From an uncultured Gemmatimonadales bacterium (lineage in GTDB: Bacteria > Gemmatimonadota > Gemmatimonadetes > Gemmatimonadales > GWC2-71-9): a DNA stretch of 64,000 nt. Location: NCBI GenBank assembly GCA_963825055.1, contig CAWGSK010000034.1, positions 166,907 to 230,906 of the forward strand, in the 5' to 3' direction. A program made the translations under genes and the position numbers. Below are positions 57,021 through 64,000 of this stretch, piece after piece (position 1 is the first letter of the stretch; every line of letters begins with the position of its first letter). Under the pieces are notes generated by a model. The model was not told where the DNA came from. It saw only the letters and a program-made list of their open reading frames with translations, and did not search any database.

Positions 57021-57049
57021 TTGACATATGATATCGCAACCCTTAGTTT
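57021..57049 (+). promoter_or_regulatory. Sigma-70 promoter
   Basis: TTGACA-N17-TAGTTT. Confidence 0.6.
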
Positions 57050-57147
57050 ACAGACTCTTCGAAAGGGACGCGTCGGTTGTTCAGAAGCCTCGCTTGCCGG
57101 CAGCGGACCTCCTGTTATGACAGAGTGGGGTGAGGGAGCAGTACCTC

Positions 57148-57453
57148 ATGAAATTCGCCCGCAATGTTCATTTCGAGATCAAGAACGGGCAGGACCAGGA
57201 GTTCACCCGTCTGTTCAATGAAAAGGTCATCCCGGTCCTGAAGAAGCAGCCCGGGTTCGACCACGAGTTGACGCTCATGGAGAGCCGCGACAATTCGCAT
57301 CGCGGCATGGGCATCAGCATCTGGAATGACCGGAAGAGCGCTGAGCAGTATGAGTCGTCCGCCTACAAGGATGTGCTCCGCACGCTCGAGCCGGTCCTGA
57401 GTGGGTCGCCGACTGTCGACAGCTGGCAGATCGGGGCCAGCACGCTCGGGTAA
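57148..57453 (+). CDS. ABM-like dimeric alpha/beta barrel protein
   Basis: VIPVLKKQPGF, ISIWNDRKSAEQY; SD GGGAG. Confidence 0.75.
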   Translation: MKFARNVHFEIKNGQDQEFTRLFNEKVIPVLKKQPGFDHELTLMESRDNSHRGMGISIWNDRKSAEQYESSAYKDVLRTLEPVLSGSPTVDSWQIGASTLG

Positions 57454-57476
57454 TCCAGTGTCACGGCACCAATTCG

Positions 57477-57503
57477 GAAGCAGCCCCTCCGGGGGCTGTT
57501 TTC
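57477..57503 (+). terminator. Intrinsic terminator
   Basis: GAAGCAGCCCC-TCCG-GGGGCTGTTTTC. Confidence 0.75.
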
Positions 57504-57639
57504 GTGTGAGGGAGTGCAAGCCTCACGCCTCCCGGCGTCATACCTGAAGCGGGGCCCGGTGTGGCCCTCCGACGCCCCTGGCGTCTCCCGCGAAGGCTGC
57601 CCGGCGGTATCTTGCAAATATCCCTGTCCCGAGCGCCCC

Positions 57640-58815
57640 ATGAGCTGCCGGTCCCCATTCCAGCCCATCCTGGTACTTGCATTGCTCGCTCTCGCCGGGT
57701 GCGGCGACGGCACCGGTCCCTCCGAGGCCCTGTTCAATGTGACGGCGGTGGCGGCCGGTGACGACCATGGCTGCCTCCTGCTTCGGGACGGCGCGGCACG
57801 ATGCTGGGGCTGGGGTGGATTCGGCCAGCTCGGGACGTCGGATACGCTGAATTCCCGCGTGCCGGTGGAGGTGGTCGGGAACCACCAGTTCGTTTCCCTC
57901 ACTGCCGGCAGCGCGCATACGTGCGGCCTGACCGCGGCGGGGGAGGCGTGGTGCTGGGGCTCCAATGCGTCCGGGGCGGTGGGTCTCGGTACGACATCGC
58001 CCAGCGTTGTCGTGCCCACGAGGGTGAGCGGCGGCTATACGTTCAAGGATCTTTCCGCCGGGACGGGGTTCACCTGCGGGGTGGACAACACGGGCCAGGT
58101 TCTGTGCTGGGGGAGCAACTCCAATGGTGAACTTGGCGACGGCACGCGGGTCCCGCACGCGGACCCGGTCTCCGTCGCCACGACTCGCCAATTCACCCAG
58201 GTGTCGGCCGGCCTGCTGCACGTGTGCGCGATCGACACGGGAGGGGCGGCGTTCTGCTGGGGCACCAACACCTTCGGGCAGCTGGGAGACAGCACGGTGA
58301 CCTCGAGCCTGGTTCCGATCCCCGTCCTGGGCGGACACCAGTTCAACTCGATCTCTGTCGGCAAGTTCTTCAGTTGCGGTCTGTCGACCCAGGGCCAGGC
58401 CTACTGCTGGGGCTCGAACATTTCCTTTGAGCAGGGCAACGGCAGCAACGACATCGCCCCCGTGGTCGTGCCGGGGCCCATCGCCTCGGCGGATGTGTTC
58501 AAGGACCTGAGCGCCGGCGGGTTTCACACCTGCGCGGTTCGGCGGGATGACGAATTGATCTGCTGGGGCGCGAACACCTACGGCAAACTTGGGAACGGGA
58601 CCCTCACCGCGACCGTCGTGCCCACCATCGTGGGTGGCGGCTTCCGGTTCAGCGCCTCCGGGGCAGGGGGGAACCACACCTGCGGGGTAACGCGGGCCGA
58701 CGGCCTCTACTGCTGGGGCTCGAACGTGCTGGGGCAGCTCGGCAGCGGGTTGACCGACAACAGCAAGGACCCCAAGGGGGTCTTCGGCTATTCCTCGGAG
58801 TCGCCGGGCTCCTGA
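57640..58815 (+). CDS. RCC1/BLIP-II repeat lipoprotein
   Basis: Lipobox LAGC; seven xAGxxHTC...CWGxNxxGQLG repeats. Confidence 0.92.
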   Translation: MSCRSPFQPILVLALLALAGCGDGTGPSEALFNVTAVAAGDDHGCLLLRDGAARCWGWGGFGQLGTSDTLNSRVPVEVVGNHQFVSLTAGSAHTCGLTAAGEAWCWGSNASGAVGLGTTSPSVVVPTRVSGGYTFKDLSAGTGFTCGVDNTGQVLCWGSNSNGELGDGTRVPHADPVSVATTRQFTQVSAGLLHVCAIDTGGAAFCWGTNTFGQLGDSTVTSSLVPIPVLGGHQFNSISVGKFFSCGLSTQGQAYCWGSNISFEQGNGSNDIAPVVVPGPIASADVFKDLSAGGFHTCAVRRDDELICWGANTYGKLGNGTLTATVVPTIVGGGFRFSASGAGGNHTCGVTRADGLYCWGSNVLGQLGSGLTDNSKDPKGVFGYSSESPGS

Positions 58816-59414
58816 GTCCTGCTCATTGCGAGGCGTGCCGCCAGCCGCTCCCGGATCGCGGGCCATTCCATATCCAGGATGCTGAAGTACACCGTGTCGC
58901 GTACGCGGCCCGAGCGCGTCGTCATGTGGCGGCGGAACGTGCCTTCCTCCCGCGCACCGAGACGCAGGATGGCGGAGCGGGAAACCGTGTTCAGGGCATC
59001 GGTCTTGAACTCCACCCGCCGGCACCCGAGCCTGGCGAAGGCGTGCTCCAGCAGGAGCAGCTTGGTCTCCGTGTTCACGGGCGAGCGCTGCCAGGGCCGG
59101 GCGACCCAGGTCCAGCCGATCTCGAGCCGCCGGTGATCAGGTTCCATCGCGCAGTAGCGCGTGGACCCGACAACCTGCCCCGACGCGCTGAGGCGGATGA
59201 TGAATGGGGCCATCGTGCCGGCCGACTGGCCGGCGAGGGCGTCGTTCACCCACCGCCGCATCCCGGCAACATCTTCCACCGGCGTCGGGATCAGGGCCCA
59301 GAGATCCGGGTCCAGTCCCACTTCACTCAGTGACTCCACATGGTCCTGCGTCAGGGGCTCGAGGCGGACATGCCGGCCTTCAAGCGTCGGAACCGTATGC
59401 CAGCCGGTAGTCAT
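58788..59414 (-). CDS. GNAT acetyltransferase (RimJ/RimL-like)
   Basis: LEIGWTW, NTETKLLLL, RVEFKTD, GRVRDTVYFSI. Confidence 0.9.
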   Translation of the reverse strand: MTTGWHTVPTLEGRHVRLEPLTQDHVESLSEVGLDPDLWALIPTPVEDVAGMRRWVNDALAGQSAGTMAPFIIRLSASGQVVGSTRYCAMEPDHRRLEIGWTWVARPWQRSPVNTETKLLLLEHAFARLGCRRVEFKTDALNTVSRSAILRLGAREEGTFRRHMTTRSGRVRDTVYFSILDMEWPAIRERLAARLAMSRTQEPGDSEE

Positions 59415-59896
59415 CCCAGGGCGATTTCCTTTACCATCTTGGTCAGGTCCGGACGGTAGCCGAGCCGCTTGTAGAGCCCGACGGCACGGGTGTTATCACC
59501 AAAGACGTTGAGTGTGAGGAGCCGGTGACCCTTCCGCCGCGCCCAGTCTTCCCCTGCCTGCATCAGGGCGCGCCCCACGCCGCGTCCCTCGCCCTTCTCG
59601 GTCACGATGATATCCGACACGTGCCCATGGGCTTCCCGCGTGAAGAAATCGGTGTCGGTCTGGAGGTGGATGAACCCGAGGGGCGTGCCATCGGGCGATT
59701 CGGCGACCAGGACCGCCGAGCCGGCGGGTTGTTCGGTCAGTCCGGTGTCGATCGACTCCTGCACGGCCTGGTCCATCTGATCGAGCGGCCGCCAGGGCGG
59801 CGGCCCGAACTCGTGCATGCGGGTGACGAGCGGGAGGATCCACTCGCGGTCGTCCTGGACGGCGCGACGGATGTTGACCTTGGCCTTGGGGGACAT
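59411..59896 (-). CDS. GNAT acetyltransferase
   Basis: EGRGVGRALM, NTRAVGLYKRLGY. Confidence 0.9.
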   Translation of the reverse strand: MSPKAKVNIRRAVQDDREWILPLVTRMHEFGPPPWRPLDQMDQAVQESIDTGLTEQPAGSAVLVAESPDGTPLGFIHLQTDTDFFTREAHGHVSDIIVTEKGEGRGVGRALMQAGEDWARRKGHRLLTLNVFGDNTRAVGLYKRLGYRPDLTKMVKEIALG

Positions 59897-59945
59897 GGGG
59901 ACTCCGAACTGGCGAAAGCGAAGGGCGAAAAGCGACCAGGCGAGG

Positions 59946-60296
59946 CTACCGCTTCAGTGAGCGCCGGCGGGGGACGGACGCCACCGAGAGGGCCAGCTCC
60001 ACCCACTCGCGCAGGTCGTCGGGTGACTCGAGGAGATCGGCGGGGACGGCGTAGTACTGCATGACATGGCTGTCGTCACCGTATGGGGCGAAGGGCGGCA
60101 TGCCCGCCTCCACGAAGCGCTCGCGCGTCTCCGTCCCGGCCTTCAGGTATAGCGTGTCATCATCCATCAGGGCGAAGAACCGCTCTCCCGCGTAGATCCC
60201 CACCCCGCCGAACATGGCCCGGGACCGCAGGGCTCCGGGAAGCACGCGGCCCAGCTGCTCCAGCGCGAAGGTGCGGAAGCTCGCGCTCACGCTCAT
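59946..60296 (-). CDS. TfoX/Sxy N-terminal domain protein
   Basis: RAMFGGVGIY, FFAL, LYLK. Confidence 0.88.
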   Translation of the reverse strand: MSVSASFRTFALEQLGRVLPGALRSRAMFGGVGIYAGERFFALMDDDTLYLKAGTETRERFVEAGMPPFAPYGDDSHVMQYYAVPADLLESPDDLREWVELALSVASVPRRRSLKR

Positions 60297-60991
60297 GCCG
60301 TGACGACCCGGCCTTCCTCGGCCGCGAGCCGGCCGAATGCCGCCTGTGCGGTGTCACGGACGGCGGTATCCCGGCTCATGCTCACGCCGAGGTCGCGCAG
60401 CAGGCCATCTTCCAGCCCGTAGATCCAGCCGTGGATCGTGAGGGGCTGGCCGCGCTCCCACGCATCCTGTATGACCGTGGTCTGCGCCACGTTGACCACC
60501 TGCTGAACCACGTTCAGGGTGGCCAGCAGCCGGAGGCGTGCGGCCTCGCCGCCAAGACTGTCCAGCGACTCGCGATGGCTGTGGGCCAGGTCCTCGAGAT
60601 GCCGCAACCAGTTGTCCACGAGGCCGTGCCGTTCGCCCCTCAGCGCTGCCGCGACGCCGCCGCAGCCATAGTGGCCGCAGACGATAATGTGCCGAACTGC
60701 CAGCACGTCCACGCCGAACTGGATGGTCGAGAGACAGTTGAGGTCGCTGTGGATGACCTGGTTGGCGACGTTCCGGTGGACGAAGACCTCGCCCGGCATC
60801 AGGCCGACGATCTGGTTCGACGGTACCCGACTGTCCGAGCAGCCGATCCAGAGAAAGCGGGGAGCCTGCTGGGTGGAGAGGCGGCGGAAGAAGGCCGGGT
60901 CGTCTGCCGTCACGCCTGCCGCCCAGGCGCGGTTAGCGTCCAGCAGTTCCTGGATGGCGGCCGGGCGATCCCGCCCCGGAGCGTCGCTCAT
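60293..60991 (-). CDS. can: Beta-class carbonic anhydrase
   Basis: WIGCSDSRV, FVHRNVAN, VCGHYGCGG. Confidence 0.95.
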   Translation of the reverse strand: MSDAPGRDRPAAIQELLDANRAWAAGVTADDPAFFRRLSTQQAPRFLWIGCSDSRVPSNQIVGLMPGEVFVHRNVANQVIHSDLNCLSTIQFGVDVLAVRHIIVCGHYGCGGVAAALRGERHGLVDNWLRHLEDLAHSHRESLDSLGGEAARLRLLATLNVVQQVVNVAQTTVIQDAWERGQPLTIHGWIYGLEDGLLRDLGVSMSRDTAVRDTAQAAFGRLAAEEGRVVTA

Positions 60992-61527
60992 GCCACCTGG
61001 CGCCGGATGCGGTCGATCTGCCGGCGGTGCACAAGATCGTGCCCGGCATAGAGACGGATCATGTGGGACACGCTCTCCTCGCCCCGCTCGTGGTGTACCG
61101 CGACCCGCTGCATGTCGACATCATCCGCGCCGTCGAGCAGGCGAAGGTTGGCGTGCCGGAGGATCGTGAACAGCTCGAGCGCTTCCTGCGGATCGGCCTC
61201 CTGATAATGCAGCCGGCTGGCCCAGAGGTCCTGGTCGTAACCGGGGAGCTCCGGGCGGTCATGCGACAGCACCATGCGGAGCCGGTACCCCCAGACGAGT
61301 TCACTGTCGGCGAGGTGCTGGAAGACCTCGGCGATCGACCACTTCCCCGGCGCCTCGGCGGTGTGCCAGGACGACTCGGCCAGGCCGCGAACCGATTCCG
61401 AGAGTGCAAAGGGCGTCTCGCGGAGGACGGCGCACGGATCACGGTCGCCCAGAAGGTCGAGGACCGCGGGGATGTAGGCCTCGGCGTGTTCCCGGGCCGC
61501 CGAGGCAGGGTTGCTGAATACCGACAT
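60988..61527 (-). CDS. DinB/YfiT family protein
   Basis: GKWSIAEVFQHLADSE, YDQD.WA, AGHDLVHRRQI. Confidence 0.88.
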   Translation of the reverse strand: MSVFSNPASAAREHAEAYIPAVLDLLGDRDPCAVLRETPFALSESVRGLAESSWHTAEAPGKWSIAEVFQHLADSELVWGYRLRMVLSHDRPELPGYDQDLWASRLHYQEADPQEALELFTILRHANLRLLDGADDVDMQRVAVHHERGEESVSHMIRLYAGHDLVHRRQIDRIRRQVA

Positions 61528-61663
61528 GGGCGTCACCTCGCGGGGGAGTGTGGCGGCGCGAATGTTCGAATGATAACCCCGTCGAGGCTGACCGCGGGAA
61601 CCATGGCCGGCCCTCGACTCAACACCTCGGCGCACGATGTCCTTATCGCCTGCCCGTCACCGT

Positions 61664-61966
61664 TTACGCGAGCACGCCCAGTCGCCGCTCCCGCACCGTC
61701 CAGGTGCCGCCCTGCTGGTCCAGCGTCTCGTAGGCCGCCGCGTTCCTGCCGAGGAACAGTTCGTACTCCGCCTGGGTGCGCCAGGTGTCGATCGTGATGT
61801 ACCGGCCCGGTACGAACGCGTCACGGAGGAGGGAAGTCCCGAGCCACGCGGGGGAGTCGGCGAAGAACCGGCTCCAGGCCCCCTCGGGGCCGTAGAATCG
61901 CTCGAATGCCCCGGTGGCCTCCTCCGCCACCTCGTACTCCCAGCAGACGCGGTAGGCATGGCTCAT
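61664..61966 (-). CDS. ABM-like protein
   Basis: WEYEV..FERFYGPEGAW..YITIDTW. Confidence 0.7.
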   Translation of the reverse strand: MSHAYRVCWEYEVAEEATGAFERFYGPEGAWSRFFADSPAWLGTSLLRDAFVPGRYITIDTWRTQAEYELFLGRNAAAYETLDQQGGTWTVRERRLGVLA

Positions 61967-61983
61967 GGCAGGGTCAATCCAGG

Positions 61984-62427
61984 TCAACCGCCCGTCCTGC
62001 CGTAAAGGTCGAACAGGGCGACCAGTTTCCACTGCTCGTCGGTAACGACGACCATCTGCGGGCCCGGTGCGGCCTCTGGTGCGAGCACGAAGTAGAAGTG
62101 GTCCACGTTCGCCACGGCCACTCCCGCCTGCACCGTGGACACCGGCTCTGTCCCGTTGAAAACGGCCTCCGTGTAGGGTCGAAGGGCCTGGCGACAGATC
62201 GCTTCGTCCCGTACGATCGTCGCGCGGTCGCCCATCCCCGAGCTGGCCGTCGAGTCGGGCATGTCGCCGAGGGTCTGATGATCGCCGCTGAATGCGTGGC
62301 GGTTCATGAAGTCGCGGAGTTCGGCGATGAGGGTCGAGTCGGCGGCGCAGGCGGTGGAAGCCGTGGCCTGGGACGCCAGGACGGATGGTACCATTAACAG
62401 GGCGGCGAGCAGGATACTGCGACGCAT
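61984..62427 (-). CDS. Hypothetical secreted protein
   Basis: GGAGGAG SD; signal peptide; two Cys. Confidence 0.6.
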   Translation of the reverse strand: MRRSILLAALLMVPSVLASQATASTACAADSTLIAELRDFMNRHAFSGDHQTLGDMPDSTASSGMGDRATIVRDEAICRQALRPYTEAVFNGTEPVSTVQAGVAVANVDHFYFVLAPEAAPGPQMVVVTDEQWKLVALFDLYGRTGG

Positions 62428-62542
62428 GTCTCCTCCCGGAAGCGGTTTGTCTTGCCTGCCCCCGTCTGCGGGGCCCCGACCGGGAAGGTGGCGGTCGGGC
62501 CGGTGCCGGGCCGTGTCGGAGGTCACCGCCCCCGGGAGCGCG

Positions 62543-62719
62543 TCAGAACTCCCGCTTCTTCATATCCTTGAAGAGACGGCGCGTCTCGGCATCCTGCTCT
62601 TCCGGCCGGTGCTTCAGGGTGTCATCGTACTGCGTCGCCCGTTCCTGGACGGGCGGCTTGACCCGGGCGGCGTTCTTGCGGGCCAGCGCCGCGATGCGAC
62701 GCTCCTCCTGCTTGGACAT
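62543..62719 (-). CDS. Small charged protein (58 aa)
   Basis: AGGAGG SD; MSKQEERR...KKREF. Confidence 0.55.
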   Translation of the reverse strand: MSKQEERRIAALARKNAARVKPPVQERATQYDDTLKHRPEEQDAETRRLFKDMKKREF

Positions 62720-62777
62720 GCTTCCTCCTGCGGTGGCGCCGGGCCCGTGCCCGGCTGCCATGTAATCTAGCCGGAGC

Positions 62778-63623
62778 TCACGGGAGCGAAATACCACACC
62801 CCCCGGCGCGGATGGCATCCCATGCGGTCCCGGGGAGGGGCTCCCAGGCGTCGCGGAGCGCCGTGAGCCACTCACGCTCCAGCGCGGCCGGCGAGAGCCC
62901 GGTCACGCCGGGCAGCGATGCCATACCCCCCGACCACGCCTGCCGGAGTCCCGCGGTTCCGAACCGGGACTCGACATGCCCCAGCAGTGATCCCGCCTCG
63001 AGATAGGCGACCAGGTCGTCCTCGACGCGGAAGGCGTGGAGGAGCCGGTCAAGTGGAAGGAGCAGGCCACGGGCATCCATGGTGCGTACGACCCGGTCCA
63101 CCGGCACACCGGCGCAGTCGCCATCCACCAGCACCGCGAGGCCTTCGGACATGGCGGGGTCAGGCCTGGCCGGGGTGCCCCATGCGGATACCGCGATGAC
63201 GTGGGTGAACTCGTGCCGCTCGAAGGCGCGCCAGTCGGCGTTGTACACCAGCATGACGGTGTCCTCCCCGGGCCAGGCGTATCCCGTGACACCGTACCCC
63301 GTGAAGCGACGCATGTCCTTCCGGCTCCCGACGTAGAACACGTCGATGGTCGACGTGAATCCGTCGAGGTCGAGGCGCTTCAGCACGGCTGACCGGGCCG
63401 CCTCGACGCGCGATGCCGGATTGACCGAGGGCCGCGCTGGCCAGGAACCCCGGAGGAGATGCAGACGTGTGTGCGGGGTCGAGGCCTGGATCCACTCTCC
63501 GGGGGCGGCGGCAAGCAGGGTTGCGGCCCTGCCGGTGGGAGCGTCTCCGGAGGGCGTGGGCGCGCAGCCGGCCAGGGTTGCGCACGCGAGCGACAGGCAG
63601 CTCAGGAATGTGGCGGTTCTCAC
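62778..63623 (-). CDS. Lipoprotein with gluzincin motif (peptidase MA-like)
   Basis: LAGC; HEFTH...SEGLA. Confidence 0.7.
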   Translation of the reverse strand: MRTATFLSCLSLACATLAGCAPTPSGDAPTGRAATLLAAAPGEWIQASTPHTRLHLLRGSWPARPSVNPASRVEAARSAVLKRLDLDGFTSTIDVFYVGSRKDMRRFTGYGVTGYAWPGEDTVMLVYNADWRAFERHEFTHVIAVSAWGTPARPDPAMSEGLAVLVDGDCAGVPVDRVVRTMDARGLLLPLDRLLHAFRVEDDLVAYLEAGSLLGHVESRFGTAGLRQAWSGGMASLPGVTGLSPAALEREWLTALRDAWEPLPGTAWDAIRAGGCGISLP

Positions 63624-63838
63624 TGCTCCTTATCCTCCAATCCCCAGCGGGTCTCGCAGCGACGACAGCACCATGCCGGATTACCCTCCTGGACCATGCA
63701 CCCGCCGAGCACGACCTCCCCCCGCATGGACGCCTCGGCCAGGGCGCTGCCCGGAAAGCCATAGACGATCGGGATTGCGTCGGTCGATCCACAGGCCGGA
63801 CAGGGTTCCGGCGGGCGACTGCGGGAGAAGCTACTCAT
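63620..63838 (-). CDS. Small Cys-rich zinc-ribbon protein
   Basis: CPACGS..IVYGFP..LGGC..WCCRRC. Confidence 0.75.
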   Translation of the reverse strand: MSSFSRSRPPEPCPACGSTDAIPIVYGFPGSALAEASMRGEVVLGGCMVQEGNPAWCCRRCETRWGLEDKEQ

Positions 63839-64000
63839 GGGTCTCCACGCGTTCCCCGCCGTATGCCGGAGGAACCGGATTGTCCGGTCGCTCGTCGTCC
63901 CACATCACGGATTTCACCCACCAGCGCGTACCGTCCCAGAACAGCTGAAGCGCGTTGATTCCCCGGCCGGTCACGGGCCCCCCGGCGGTCTCACGCATGA
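63831..64000 (-). CDS. Partial (3' end) NTF2/SnoaL-like hypothetical protein
   Basis: Manual translation ...GRGINALQLFWDGTRWWVKSVMWDDE...*; 5' end lies outside the window. Confidence 0.65.
   Translation of the reverse strand, partial: MRETAGGPVTGRGINALQLFWDGTRWWVKSVMWDDERPDNPVPPAYGGERVETHE

Noticed and set aside
57051..57110. Possible c-di-GMP-I riboswitch (TTCGAAAGGGACGC)
   Set aside because: Lacks the GGCAAA and GCAAA elements and the second stem of the GEMM consensus
57640..58815. Repeats within the RCC1 gene as DGR template/variable repeats
   Set aside because: Ordinary protein-level propeller repeats; no reverse transcriptase in the window

Overview
High-GC bacterial chromosome segment. 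Gene content and style suggest Gemmatimonadota; this is inference and cannot be verified here. Much of it is housekeeping: a lipA-pdhABC-lpdA-lipB operon, cydAB, aceB, a POT peptide transporter, glycosyltransferases, peptidases, GNATs and a beta-carbonic anhydrase. The most notable locus is at 43.2-51.5 kb: a non-classical chaperone-usher-like fimbrial operon with three paralogous Cys-poor DUF4402-like subunits, a PapD-like chaperone and a divergent usher-like protein. It is preceded by a clear sigma-54 promoter and an AT-rich enhancer region. Divergent from it are a fourth miniature pilin-like ORF and a PAS-PAS-GGDEF-EAL gene with its own sigma-54 promoter. Other points: recurring 7-mer and 9-mer tandem arrays (often inverted) filling intergenic gaps; a small wHTH/uppS module with a repeated CTTTA-N5-CAAAG operator; Gln directly after most predicted signal peptides; several leaderless-type promoters; and a thiO-like gene split by a 1-nt homopolymer frameshift. 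I saw no rRNA, tRNA, CRISPR array, transposase or prophage. All family assignments come from motif recognition by eye, not from database searches.
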